Source: Pseudomonadota bacterium (GTDB lineage Bacteria; Desulfobacterota; Desulfovibrionia; Desulfovibrionales; Desulfovibrionaceae). From it: a DNA stretch of 64,000 nt. Positions 45,913 through 55,612 of the stretch are shown here, in pieces; within the stretch, counting starts at the first letter, position 1; each line of letters opens with the position of its first letter. The notes under the pieces were generated by a model. The model saw only the letters and a program-made list of their open reading frames with translations, was not told the origin of the DNA and made no database searches. The DNA lies in assembly GCA_023403845.1 (NCBI GenBank), contig JAEYDL010000016.1, forward strand, positions 5,315 through 69,314. Direction: 5' to 3'. Both the position numbers and the translations under genes were made by a program.

Positions 45913-46986
45913 ATGCGCATCATCATCATGACCGATTCGAACAGCCGCAGCGGTGGCGTTCGCCAGGCCGTCTATCAAAGTCAGGGGCTTGCGGACCGGG
46001 GACATGACGTCACACTGTGTCTGCCTTACGACTCATCCCTCTGGGAACTGCCCGAAGCGGCAGCCAATCCGCTCTGGCACCGTCTCCCTCCGTCCGTAGC
46101 AGAACACCGCGCTGCTGTGGAAAACCTGCTGCCTGCTGATTTCGCCACGCCGACGGTCATCCACGCCTTTCATAACAGAGCGGTCAAAAGAGTAGCCTGG
46201 TGGGGACTGTTCTGGCGACGTCGCAATCTTGTCTGCGTGGCGCATCGCGGGGTCATTTTCCGGCCCGGCAACCCCTTGCCGTACTGGTCGCCTGCCATGA
46301 AGGCCTTCATCGTCAATTCGCACGCCTGTGCCAGGGCCATCAGCTGGCATTGCCCCGCACACAAAATTTTCTTCGTGCCCAATGGAGTTCCGGATTCTAG
46401 AATCACTCCACGCCGAACTATCAGGGAGGTGCAGATCGAACTGGGGCTTCCCGAACATGCATTCACCTTCGTCTATGTCGGCAACAATAACCCGGTCAAG
46501 GGAACGGACACCCTGCTCGAGGCTTTTGCCAAGGCTGATCTGCCCGATGCACGTCTGATCACTGTCGGCGTTTCGGCGGACAAATGGACCCCCATAACCC
46601 GGAAACTGGGTATTGAAAAACAGGTGCTGTATGTGGGCCAGACGGAAGATGTCTGCGACTATCTCCAACTTGGCCATGCGTTTGTCTTCCCTTCCCGCGG
46701 CATGGACTCCGCGCCGAATACCCTTATGGAGGCAATCCGCATGGGACTGCCTACAATTTCCACGACCGTGGGAGGCGCGCCGGACCTTGCTGAAAACAGC
46801 GGGCTTCTCGTCCCTCCCGATAATCCGAACAGCATGGCTGAAGCCATGCGGACCATGGCCAGGGATGACTCTCAGCGAAAAATCTGGGCAGCCAACAGCC
46901 GCAGGCTCGGAGCAGGCTATTCTGTGGAGGTTCGCTGCGAAGCACTGGAAGCCATCTATTCTTCCCTGCTCTCACAAGGCGTCTGA
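45913..46986 (+). CDS. Glycosyltransferase family 4 (GT-B fold)
   Basis: 357 aa. The N-terminus MRIIIMTDSNSRSGGVRQAV is GT4-like. The C-terminal half has an E-x7-E-like region (FVFPSRGMDSAPNTLMEAIRMGLP). Confidence 0.8.
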   Translation: MRIIIMTDSNSRSGGVRQAVYQSQGLADRGHDVTLCLPYDSSLWELPEAAANPLWHRLPPSVAEHRAAVENLLPADFATPTVIHAFHNRAVKRVAWWGLFWRRRNLVCVAHRGVIFRPGNPLPYWSPAMKAFIVNSHACARAISWHCPAHKIFFVPNGVPDSRITPRRTIREVQIELGLPEHAFTFVYVGNNNPVKGTDTLLEAFAKADLPDARLITVGVSADKWTPITRKLGIEKQVLYVGQTEDVCDYLQLGHAFVFPSRGMDSAPNTLMEAIRMGLPTISTTVGGAPDLAENSGLLVPPDNPNSMAEAMRTMARDDSQRKIWAANSRRLGAGYSVEVRCEALEAIYSSLLSQGV

Positions 46987-47318
46987 GCTTCAGGGCCTCC
47001 CCTGCGCCACATGCACCTCCCAACATCCATTCTGCAACCCGGGGCAGGAGAACCGCCTCCCGCCTGTCCCGCAGCGACGGATCATCGCCCGCGGACAACC
47101 CCTTGACAGGACTTCTCCGGGATTCGGCGGGATGATTCCTTCGGCCTTTTCAGAGCAGGAAACATTGACTCGCCGCATCCATGGACGCAATACTATCCCC
47201 GATCGGGGCCGTTCATAATGCGAAATTCCGATTTCGCCTCAAGAAAGAATTTTCCCGCATCATTCTCGTCGTCTGATTCATCTGCCTGTCATAAGAAATA
47301 TAATAAAGGAGCAACAGA

Positions 47319-48224
47319 ATGAATCTTCTGGAGAGCATCGGATCTACCCCCCTTGTCCGCCTTGAGCGCATCAGGGAAGCTCAGGACGCCGAAATTCTTG
47401 TAAAGCTCGAGTCCCGTAATCCCGGCGGCTCCATCAAGGATCGTGCCGCGCTGCAGATGGTACGGGGCGCACTGAAAAACGGAAGGCTGAAACCAGGCGG
47501 AACGCTGGTCGAACCCACCAGCGGCAACACAGGCATAGGTCTTGCCGTAGCTGCGACCTGGCTAAACCTGAAGCTGGTGCTGACCATGCCGGAATCCATG
47601 AGCGAAGAACGGAAGGCCTTGTTACGCGGTTTCGGCGCCCGCCTTGTGCTGACGCCCGCCGCTGACGGCATGGCTGGTTCTGTGGCTGAAGCGCAACGGT
47701 TGGCTGAAGAATATGGCTATGTTCTTTTGGATCAGTTTTCCAATCCTGATAACGCCTATGCCCATTATCTATCCACCGGACCAGAAATTCTGCGTGAAAC
47801 GGAAACACTGGATGCCTTCGTTGCTGGTGTAGGCACAGGAGGCACCCTTACCGGCATCGGCCGCTTTCTCCGCGAACGGCTGCCTTCTGTCGCGCTCTAT
47901 GCCGTGGAACCGGCTGAATCAGCCGTTCTGTCCGGAAAACCCGCCGGGGCGCACCTAATTCAGGGAATCGGAGCCGGATTCGTGCCGAAACTTCTCGACC
48001 GCTCCATCCTGACCGGCATCTTGCCCATCCCCGGAGAGGAGGCTATTCGAACGGCCCGACGTCTGCTCACCGAGGAAGGCATCTCCTGCGGCATCTCCTC
48101 CGGAGCCAACGTGGCAGGAGCGCTCATGCTTGCGGCACGCCCTGAATTCAAGGGCAAACGTATTGTGACCGTCCTGCCGGATACCGGCGAACGTTACCTC
48201 TCCACACGTTTGTTTCAGAACTGA
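47319..48224 (+). CDS. cysK: Cysteine synthase A (O-acetylserine sulfhydrylase)
   Basis: 301 aa. PLP-lysine block NPGGSIKDRAA and the TSGNTGIGLA loop. Confidence 0.9.
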   Translation: MNLLESIGSTPLVRLERIREAQDAEILVKLESRNPGGSIKDRAALQMVRGALKNGRLKPGGTLVEPTSGNTGIGLAVAATWLNLKLVLTMPESMSEERKALLRGFGARLVLTPAADGMAGSVAEAQRLAEEYGYVLLDQFSNPDNAYAHYLSTGPEILRETETLDAFVAGVGTGGTLTGIGRFLRERLPSVALYAVEPAESAVLSGKPAGAHLIQGIGAGFVPKLLDRSILTGILPIPGEEAIRTARRLLTEEGISCGISSGANVAGALMLAARPEFKGKRIVTVLPDTGERYLSTRLFQN

Positions 48225-48364
48225 AAGAGAATACATGCCAGTTAAGCTGACATGCTATGGTTGAAGAATTACACTTGACTTCGATTATTTTTAGCATATT
48301 TTTTATTAAAAATAACTGGTAATAGAGTATTCTGCATCACAGTTCCAATATACTGGAATTTATT

Positions 48365-48796
48365 ATGAGAATAAATACAAAGTGTTCTATTGCCTTACAT
48401 TGTATCCTATTTATAGCAATATATGAAAATAATCTTAAAATAACCAGTGAAGTACTTGCAAAAAGCACAGGCTGTAATGCTGTAATTATCAGAAACATCC
48501 TTAGCCTGCTGCAAAAAGCAGGAATTATTTCAATTACTCGGGGGATGGGTGGGGCTCATCTCCTCAAGGAAGCATGTGATTTAACTCTGTGGGATATTTA
48601 TAGATCTCTTGAACCAAATGGCCTTGGGCATCTTATGGGCGTTCATCCCGAACCCTCCCCGGACTGCCCTGTCGGGAAAAATATAGAAACAATATTAAGA
48701 AAATCATACGCGGAAATTGAAAACTCCGTAAAAACAGCGATGAACAACATCACGCTGCAACATCTGTTAGACCAATACAATACTTTTCAGTATTAA
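48365..48796 (+). CDS. Rrf2-family transcriptional regulator (on a low-GC islet)
   Basis: 143 aa. The wHTH (ITSEVLAKSTGCNAVIIRNILSLLQKAGIISITRGMGG) is typical of Rrf2. The region is visibly AT-rich compared with its flanks. Confidence 0.8.
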   Translation: MRINTKCSIALHCILFIAIYENNLKITSEVLAKSTGCNAVIIRNILSLLQKAGIISITRGMGGAHLLKEACDLTLWDIYRSLEPNGLGHLMGVHPEPSPDCPVGKNIETILRKSYAEIENSVKTAMNNITLQHLLDQYNTFQY

Positions 48797-48825
48797 TATA
48801 TTGATATGATTTATTATTTTTATAG

Positions 48826-48846
48826 TTGTAACTATTGACATTACAA
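48826..48846. promoter_or_regulatory. Palindrome TTGTAA-N9-TTACAA (candidate Rrf2 operator 1)
   Basis: TTGTAACTATTGACATTACAA, read directly, in the rrf2-flavodoxin intergenic region. Confidence 0.45.
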
Positions 48847-48869
48847 TAAGTGATAGTATACATCTGAGA

Positions 48870-48888
48870 TGTAACACATAAACTTACA
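48870..48888. promoter_or_regulatory. Palindrome TGTAA-N9-TTACA (candidate Rrf2 operator 2)
   Basis: TGTAACACATAAACTTACA has the same half-sites and spacing as 48826-48846. It ends 20 nt upstream of the flavodoxin ATG. Confidence 0.45.
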
Positions 48889-48907
48889 ACGCAGTCAGAG
48901 GTATGCT

Positions 48908-49405
48908 ATGAGAATGACCGTACTCTACTATTCAAAAACAGGAAACACGCTTAAAATGGCTGAAGCGATAGCAACTGGTATGCAGTCCATTGCGAAAGCA
49001 GAAGCCAAATCTTTTTCTATTGAAAGAATTGATGAGGACTGGCTCAAGACAAGTAAATGCGTTGTCGTAGGTTCTCCCATCTATATGGCCAGTGTATCCG
49101 GAAAAGTAAAAGAATGGCTTGAAGGTCCTTGTCTGAAATACGGACTATCAGGAAAACTTGGAGGCGCATTTGCCACTGCAGATTATATTCACGGTGGTGG
49201 CGAACTGGGAATCCGTACCATTTTGGACCATATGATGGTCCTTGGCATGCTCACTTTTTCCGGGGGAGGGGCATTTGGAAAACCGGTTATTCATTTAGGG
49301 CCTGTCGCCATCAATAAAAATCTGGAGGCCAGCAGAGAACTTTTTGAAATATACGGCAAGCGTATGGCATCAGAAGCCCTGAAACTTTTTACCCCAACGT
49401 GTTAA
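48908..49405 (+). CDS. Flavodoxin-family protein
   Basis: 165 aa. MTVLYYSKTGNTLKMAEAIA is an FMN phosphate-binding loop of the S/T-x-T-G-x-T type. Confidence 0.8.
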   Translation: MRMTVLYYSKTGNTLKMAEAIATGMQSIAKAEAKSFSIERIDEDWLKTSKCVVVGSPIYMASVSGKVKEWLEGPCLKYGLSGKLGGAFATADYIHGGGELGIRTILDHMMVLGMLTFSGGGAFGKPVIHLGPVAINKNLEASRELFEIYGKRMASEALKLFTPTC

Positions 49406-49461
49406 GCCGATTCTATTGCCTTTATGCCAACAGACAATGATGATTTTTAATCATCAAAAAA

Positions 49462-49507
49462 CCGTCCCTCAAGCTGCTGAGAAGCCGCTTGGGGGACGGC
49501 CATTTTA
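49462..49507 (+). terminator. Terminator after the flavodoxin gene
   Basis: CCGTCCC(49463-49469)...GGGACGG(49493-49499) with an inner CAAGC/GCTTG helix, then CATTTT. Confidence 0.55.
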
Positions 49508-49604
49508 CTGATAGGTGAATTGTGTGATGCACTCAGTTCCCCAATAGTCCGTAACCGGACCCCTATGGGAAAAATCTCTCTGTCAAAGAGAATCTCATAA
49601 AGAA

Positions 49605-50075
49605 TTACCCAGAAAATTCCGCAGAATCCAACAAGATGGTAACGGGACCCCAGTTGGTCAGTCCTACATCCATATCAGCTGCAAAAATACCCTGTTGTAC
49701 CCGCCCCGGAAGCCGTTCCTCCACGGCCCGCACGAAACGCGCATAAAGCTCGGCGGCGATGTCGGGATGGCAGGCCAGATGAAAGGAAGGACGCTTGCCC
49801 TTTCTGCAGTCCGCATAGAGGGTGAACTGCGATACCAGCAGGATTTCTCCGCCGCAATCCTCCAGGCTCAGGTTCATCTTGCCTGCATCATCCTGAAAAA
49901 TCCGCAGACCGACCAGTTTTTCGACCAGAGCCGACCAGATATGACTTCCCGGCAGCTCTGGTCCATCCATACTGCCGAATCCCACCAGAACCAGCAGTCC
50001 AGGACCTATCGCCGCCACACGGTCGTCAGCAACCGTTACATGTGCCTCGCGGACACGCTGAATCAGTAATCGCAT
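49605..50075 (-). CDS. dtd: D-aminoacyl-tRNA deacylase
   Basis: ORF 49605-50255, trimmed to MRLLIQRVREAHVTV (ATG at 50075). SQFTLYAD block and GPVTILLDS C-terminus. Confidence 0.9.
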   Translation of the reverse strand: MRLLIQRVREAHVTVADDRVAAIGPGLLVLVGFGSMDGPELPGSHIWSALVEKLVGLRIFQDDAGKMNLSLEDCGGEILLVSQFTLYADCRKGKRPSFHLACHPDIAAELYARFVRAVEERLPGRVQQGIFAADMDVGLTNWGPVTILLDSAEFSG

Positions 50076-50079
50076 AGGC

Positions 50080-51867
50080 TCAGACAGCCTTTTTGTCCTG
50101 ATCTGAAACGGATTCCTCTTCCTTTTGAACACAGGAAGCCGCGACCGTTTCATCCGTCTTTTTCGAAGGTTCTCCCGCGGTGCTTTTGCCCAGCTCCTCC
50201 TCACGCAGAATACGGCGCAGGACCTTGCCGACCATACTCTTCGGAAGCTCCTCACGGAACTCGATCAGTCTGGGCACCTTGAACGACGCCAGTTTCTGAC
50301 GGCAGTAGGCAACCACCTCCGGCACGGTCAGATTGGCCCCCTCCTCGGGAACGATATAGGCCTTGATGGTTTCGCCCCGCGAACGATGATTGACGCCCAC
50401 GGTGACAGCTTCGCGAATTTTGGGATGCGAATGCAGCACTTCATCGATTTCACGCGGGTATACGTTGTATCCACCGACGATGATCAGATCCTTCTTGCGA
50501 TCGACGATATAAAAATAGCCATCATCATCCATATAGGCGATGTCGCCCGTATACAGCCAGCCGTCACGCAGAGTCCGTTCCGTTTCCTCGGGACGTTGCC
50601 AGTATCCGGCCATGACCTGCGGGCCGTGAATTACCAGTTCACCGATCTCATTGGGACCAAGGGTGCGTGTTCCCGTTTCCGTATCCACGATACGGGCCAG
50701 AGTACCCGGCAGAGGAACGCCGATGGACCCCGGTTTCTGCAGTCCGAACACCGGATTGGCGTGCGTCACGGGCGAAGCCTCGGTCAGACCGAATCCTTCC
50801 GTAATAGGCGTGCCGGTGACTTCCTCGAATCGTTTGAGCCATTCCACCGGCATGGGCGCGGAACCGGAAATGCAGAAAACGATGTGATGCAGGTCGTACT
50901 GCGCCAAATTCTTTTGCTGCAACAGGGAAATATATACGGAAGGCGCGCCAATGAAGGCCGTGAATCTGTACTTTTTGAACGCCTCCAGCATATCGCCGGG
51001 CACATAGCGCGGCATGGGCACCACCCTGGCTCCCATCCGGGCGGGCAACAACAGCGTGATGGTCAGACCGAAAACATGAAAAAGTGGCAACAACGCCAGA
51101 AAAACATGCTCGCGGTCCGGAGGCTGCTGGACGAGTTCCACGAGCTGAGTCAGATTGGCCATCAGATTATAATGCGTCAGCATGGCCCCCTTGGCCACGC
51201 CGGTCGTTCCTCCGGTATACTGGAGAATGGCGATCCGTTCACGCGGATTTTTCACCTCGACACTCAGCCGCTCCCCGCTGCGGAACAGATCGGACCAGGC
51301 TACAACTTTCCGTCCATCAAACGGAACGGAAACCCATGTTCCCTGACGTCTGGCAGAAAAAGGCTGGAGCCAGCTCAACGGAAAGCGCAAAGCGTCCCGA
51401 ATCCGGGTCACATAACAGACATCCAGATCAAGCCGATCCAGCAACGGAGCCAGCTTGGGCCAAAAGATATCCAACGTAACGAGATGTTTTACCCCGGCAT
51501 CATGAATCTGATGCGTCAGCTCGGACTCCATGTACAAGGGATTGGTCATGACCGCGATGGCTCCCGCCTTGATCACGCCCCAGAAGGCGATGAACGTCTG
51601 CGGCAGGTTGGGCAGCATTATGGATACCCGATCCCCTTCTCTCACACCGCGTCTGCGCAATGCGGCAGCCAGCCGTTCAGCCTGAATCTGCAGTTCCAGA
51701 TAACTGATCCGCGTATTTTGAAAAAGAATGGCGTCACGCTTGCCGTATTCGGCGGCGGTCCGGTCAAGCACAGTGGCAAGGCCCATTTCAGGAATGTCAA
51801 CGGTATGCGCGACACCTTCATCATAACTGGAGAACCAGGGATACTCGGTAGGATACTGTTGGCTCAT
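50080..51867 (-). CDS. Long-chain-fatty-acid--CoA ligase (AMP-forming, ANL superfamily)
   Basis: ORF 50080-51996, trimmed to MSQQYPTEYPWFSSYDEGV (ATG at 51867). AMP-binding motif YTGGTTGVAKGAMLTH; later GWLYTGD and the PKSMVGKVLRR lysine block. Confidence 0.9.
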   Translation of the reverse strand: MSQQYPTEYPWFSSYDEGVAHTVDIPEMGLATVLDRTAAEYGKRDAILFQNTRISYLELQIQAERLAAALRRRGVREGDRVSIMLPNLPQTFIAFWGVIKAGAIAVMTNPLYMESELTHQIHDAGVKHLVTLDIFWPKLAPLLDRLDLDVCYVTRIRDALRFPLSWLQPFSARRQGTWVSVPFDGRKVVAWSDLFRSGERLSVEVKNPRERIAILQYTGGTTGVAKGAMLTHYNLMANLTQLVELVQQPPDREHVFLALLPLFHVFGLTITLLLPARMGARVVPMPRYVPGDMLEAFKKYRFTAFIGAPSVYISLLQQKNLAQYDLHHIVFCISGSAPMPVEWLKRFEEVTGTPITEGFGLTEASPVTHANPVFGLQKPGSIGVPLPGTLARIVDTETGTRTLGPNEIGELVIHGPQVMAGYWQRPEETERTLRDGWLYTGDIAYMDDDGYFYIVDRKKDLIIVGGYNVYPREIDEVLHSHPKIREAVTVGVNHRSRGETIKAYIVPEEGANLTVPEVVAYCRQKLASFKVPRLIEFREELPKSMVGKVLRRILREEELGKSTAGEPSKKTDETVAASCVQKEEESVSDQDKKAV

Positions 51868-52068
51868 GTCGATCCGCAGTGCAAAGAAGGTTAAGCCGGA
51901 AGGAATGCAGACAATATTCCTGACTGATAGCATGTACGGTACGGGAGGACAAGGGCAATATCCTGCAGCAATGCGCATCCCGTCATACAGGCCCACCTCC
52001 GCCTTTCCGGCCCCCGCGTTCCGGAACGGGAATCAACAGAAACCACAAACCGACGACTGTCCCCTGTT

Positions 52069-53274
52069 TCAGCGCAAGGCGGAAACGACGGCTACAGCCT
52101 TGATGCCAAGACCTTCTCCGGTAAAACCAAGCCCCTCTTCCGTGGTCGCTTTCACATTGACCCGGGAGACCTCTATTCCCAGCAGTCGCGCCACATTCCG
52201 TCGAATGGCCTCTCTATGGGGACCGATGCGGGGAATCTGAGCAATGATCGTCAGATCAGCATGAACGATGCGCACCCCCTCTTCACGCACTCGTCCAACG
52301 ACGTCGTCCAGAACAACGGCGGAATTCATATTGTCGAATGCGGGATCGGCATCAGGAAACAACAATCCGATATCCCCCCCCCCAATGCACCCCAAAAGGG
52401 CATCCATCAACGCATGCAGAAGCACATCCCCATCCGAATGGGCCAGAACTTCAGGGGAATCTGGAATATGCACGCCACCAAGCCGCATGGGGCGGGCAGG
52501 CTGGGACGAGGCGCTTTCCTGTGCATATCTGTGGACGTCATATCCATATCCTGCACAAGGTTCCGCGATATTTTTTTCCTGCAGCATCTCAAGATCCTCC
52601 GGCGAAGTTATCTTGCGGTTCTCCGGCTCTCCCTCCACCAGCCATACGGGAAAACCGGCCCGTTCAAGCACGCTGGCGTCGTCGGTCACGACCCATCCCT
52701 CCGTCCGCGCCCGTGCATGAGCCGCGCGAAGCGTTCGCAGATCAAATCCCTGTGGCGTCTGCACGGCGGCCAGCGCAGCCCGGTCCGGAGTCATGGAAAC
52801 CAGGCCGTCCGCAACGATCTTGATCGTATCCGTCACCGGAAGGCCGGGAATGATCCCGCCCGACGTCCCGGAATCTTCCTGCCTTTCCAGTGCGTCCAGC
52901 ACTCGATTGACCAACAGGGGGGAAACGAAAGGACGAGCGGCGTCATGGACAAGCACCCTGGAGCAGTCACGAGGCAAGGCATCCAATCCATTGCATACGG
53001 AATGTTGCCTCAGCTTTCCTCCGGGTACGACGCGCCAGGCAAGGCCGGAGGTCTCCTTCCGCATCAGTTCGGATACGCGCTCCCGCTCGGCCTCAAGAAC
53101 GTTTTCGGGGAAAACGAATACAATGCCGCCAAGCCGGGCACACCGGGAAAAAGTCCGGACGGATTCCCAGTACAGGGGATTGCCGTGCCACTCCAGAAAC
53201 TGTTTCGGCATGCCGCCCGTTGCGGAAGCCAGACGCGCGCCCTGCCCCGCGGCAAGAAGAACTGTCCAGATCAT
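52069..53274 (-). CDS. ispDF: Bifunctional 2-C-methyl-D-erythritol 4-phosphate cytidylyltransferase / MEcPP synthase
   Basis: 401 aa. IspD N-terminus VLLAAGQGARL. IspF half GYGYDVHRY ... LAHSDGDVLLHALMDALLG. Confidence 0.9.
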   Translation of the reverse strand: MIWTVLLAAGQGARLASATGGMPKQFLEWHGNPLYWESVRTFSRCARLGGIVFVFPENVLEAERERVSELMRKETSGLAWRVVPGGKLRQHSVCNGLDALPRDCSRVLVHDAARPFVSPLLVNRVLDALERQEDSGTSGGIIPGLPVTDTIKIVADGLVSMTPDRAALAAVQTPQGFDLRTLRAAHARARTEGWVVTDDASVLERAGFPVWLVEGEPENRKITSPEDLEMLQEKNIAEPCAGYGYDVHRYAQESASSQPARPMRLGGVHIPDSPEVLAHSDGDVLLHALMDALLGCIGGGDIGLLFPDADPAFDNMNSAVVLDDVVGRVREEGVRIVHADLTIIAQIPRIGPHREAIRRNVARLLGIEVSRVNVKATTEEGLGFTGEGLGIKAVAVVSALR

Positions 53275-53340
53275 GTCTGCTTTCCTGATGATGGTAAAAG
53301 GCTCCGGCGCGCTCTTTGCAAAACGCCGGAGCCGAAAAAA

Positions 53341-53721
53341 TCGGGAGTCGGACTGTAAGCCGGGTTTTGTACCCGCTCCGACAGCGGTCGAAACAGGCGG
53401 TCGTCATTCCTCTAGGAACGCAGTTACCCGCGCTCTCAAGCAACCTACCCGGAAGCGTTGGCCGGGCCGGCCCGCTTCCCTATTTGGTCTTGCTTCGAAT
53501 GGGGCTTGCCTAGCTCGGCACGTCACCGTGCCGACTGGTGGTCTCTTACTCCACCGTTTCACCCTTACCACCCGGGGGTGGCGGTTTGCTTTCTGTGGCG
53601 CTCTCCGAGGATCGCTCCTCCTGGATGTTATCCAGCATTCCGCCCTGTGAAGCCCGGACTTTCCTCCCCGTTATCCCCGCACAGGCGGAGAATAACGCAG
53701 CGACGACCCGTCCGGCTCCCG
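53341..53721 (-). ncRNA. rnpB: RNase P RNA, bacterial type A
   Basis: The minus strand has the conserved blocks GGAGGAAAGTCCGGGC, ACAGAAAGCAAACCGCC, GGTAAGGGTGAAACGGTGGAGTAAGAGACCACC, AGCAAGACCAAATAGGG, GGGTAGGTTGCTTGAG, AGAGGAATGAC and ACAAAACCCGGCTTAC. P1 pairs GGGAGCCGGAC with GTCCGACTCCC. The ends are accurate to a few nt. Confidence 0.93.
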
Positions 53722-53822
53722 AAATTCATGCGGCCTTCCACGAAACTTGTGTTTCCCGGCATGAGGCCGTGTCTTCCCATATGAAAGTCTAGAGAACCCG
53801 GCCCTTCATACCCGGAAAATCC

Positions 53823-54587
53823 CTATTCTTCCGTTCCAGCCTTGGATTCGGGCTGTTCCGTCTCATCCTTGAAGTGCTCCACCCAGTAAATAAGGCGTTG
53901 GCAGTTGGGACAATTGATGATCTTGTGCCCGCTCTGCAACTCGATGAAGGTCTGCGGAGGAATGGAAATCTGGCACCCCGAGCAGACGCCGGCCGTTACG
54001 GAAACTATTACGGGATGCGGCAGACGACGCCGGATGAACTCGTAACGATCAAGGACGGGCCGGGGCACCTCAGAGCCGGTAACCTTGCGTACGTCTTCCA
54101 GTTCGGTCCGCCTTTGCCGGGCCGCCTCAAGACGAGCGTCAAGGTTCACCTGTTTGGTTTCCACCTCGGCCTTGAGATCCGCCCAGATGGCATCAACGTC
54201 GCGCAGGGCGGCGTCCTGACGCAGCTTTTCCTCCAGCAGTGCGGCCTTTTCTTCCTCGCGGGAACGGTTCACGCGCTCCATGTTGTCCATCTCCCGGGCC
54301 ATAGCCTGATATTCGCGGGAATTGGACACCTGCATCATCTTGTTCTTGCTTTTCTTGATCCGGCTGCTGTCATCGTCAATCTCGCCATTGATGCGCTTTT
54401 CCTGCTCTTTCAGATGCGCGAGCTTTTCCAGCACGCGCTCGCGCTGCGCATCAACGGTCGCGAATCTAGCCTTGAGCGTTTCCAGCTCCTTCGGCGCCTG
54501 TTCGAGTTCCGTTTCCACATCATGAATGGCGTCGTCCACACGCTGCAGAGACACAAGCTGCCGGATCTGTTCGAGATAAAGGCTCAC
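53823..54587 (-). CDS. Coiled-coil protein with a C-terminal C4 zinc ribbon (COG1579/DUF164-like)
   Basis: ORF 53823-54671, trimmed to the GTG at 54587 (GGAG SD, 4 nt after the Nif3 stop). Long heptad-like region, then CSGCQISIPPQ...CPNCQRL. Confidence 0.75.
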   Translation of the reverse strand: MSLYLEQIRQLVSLQRVDDAIHDVETELEQAPKELETLKARFATVDAQRERVLEKLAHLKEQEKRINGEIDDDSSRIKKSKNKMMQVSNSREYQAMAREMDNMERVNRSREEEKAALLEEKLRQDAALRDVDAIWADLKAEVETKQVNLDARLEAARQRRTELEDVRKVTGSEVPRPVLDRYEFIRRRLPHPVIVSVTAGVCSGCQISIPPQTFIELQSGHKIINCPNCQRLIYWVEHFKDETEQPESKAGTEE

Positions 54588-54591
54588 AAGT

Positions 54592-55446
54592 CTACTCCTG
54601 AAAGTCTGGTGCTCCGGCTGACCAAGGCCGGTGCGTTGCAAAAAAAGGACGCAAGGGATCCTGCGCTTCAAGAAATTTCACGTCCACGCCGGGCAACGAA
54701 TCCTTCAGACACAGGGAAAAACGGCGCATCATTTCTTCCTCAAGGCTGAAATGCCCCACATCAAGCACGGGAAGGGGCATTTCCAGCGCCGGATGATACT
54801 TGAGATCTCCCGTAATCAACAAGTCCGCCCCCAGCGCAAAGGCTTCTTCCGCCAACGAACCGCCGGAACCGGGACAAATGGCGATCCGCTCCAGCTGTTC
54901 CGGCAGTTTTCCTACCAGCCGGGGGCAGCTCCCCTCAAGCCACGGGGCCAGGGTATTCCGCAAGTCATCCGGCGAAAGGGGCGCTCTGTTTCCGATCACG
55001 CCGAACCCGCAATCCCACCGTCTGCCTTCGCATTCCATTTCACCGGTCTTCTCCAGCACCTCAAGAGGTCCCGAGACGCCTTCAGGACGCCTCAGAACGA
55101 GTTCTTCCGCCAGCCAGCCCACGGGACCGACCGGGTTGGCATCCAGCGACGTATGCGCGGCGTACAACGGCACGTCGGCCCGAAACAGCAGAAAGAGAAC
55201 CTCCCGATAGGCATCCAGACGATCCGTGAAGCGAGGCTCAAGCGTCAGAGGGTGATGCGACAAAATCATGTCCGCGCCCTCATCCAGCGCGCGGCTTACC
55301 GAAGCCGGGGTAGGATCCAGACAAACCGCCAGTCTGCGTATCTCTTCCCGCCCTGAGGCGACCTGCACTCCCGAACGATCCCAGGAAGCGGCTATGGACA
55401 GCGGCGCTGTCCGCTCGATGTGATGAATGACGTCCGCCAGCTTCAT
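54592..55446 (-). CDS. Nif3-family dinuclear metal centre protein (GTP cyclohydrolase 1 type 2 homolog)
   Basis: ORF 54592-55491, trimmed to MKLADVIHHIE (ATG at 55446). WDRSGVQV and ILSHHPL blocks are typical of Nif3/YbgI. Confidence 0.8.
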   Translation of the reverse strand: MKLADVIHHIERTAPLSIAASWDRSGVQVASGREEIRRLAVCLDPTPASVSRALDEGADMILSHHPLTLEPRFTDRLDAYREVLFLLFRADVPLYAAHTSLDANPVGPVGWLAEELVLRRPEGVSGPLEVLEKTGEMECEGRRWDCGFGVIGNRAPLSPDDLRNTLAPWLEGSCPRLVGKLPEQLERIAICPGSGGSLAEEAFALGADLLITGDLKYHPALEMPLPVLDVGHFSLEEEMMRRFSLCLKDSLPGVDVKFLEAQDPLRPFFATHRPWSAGAPDFQE

Positions 55447-55612
55447 GCCTTTTTCCTCTTCGTCACGACAAGGGGCGCCACGCCGCCACACGGGCGGGGC
55501 GCCCCGGATATTTCGAATTCGGCGGTTACGGCGTTATTCAAAGGCCAGTCGCTCCTGTTTCGTCGCTGCCGCTTCCGGCAGATGCGAAACCGATAAAAAA
55601 CAAGAGAGCAGC

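Noticed and set aside
50125-51894. 589-aa plus-strand ORF
   Set aside because: It is antisense to the acyl-CoA ligase gene and looks like a shadow ORF.
52216-53358. 380-aa plus-strand ORF, and nested ORFs at 52268-52823
   Set aside because: They are antisense to ispDF, which has clear IspD and IspF motifs.
53316-53792. Several 65-108 aa ORFs on both strands
   Set aside because: They lie within the RNase P RNA gene. Conserved rnpB sequence blocks explain the region.
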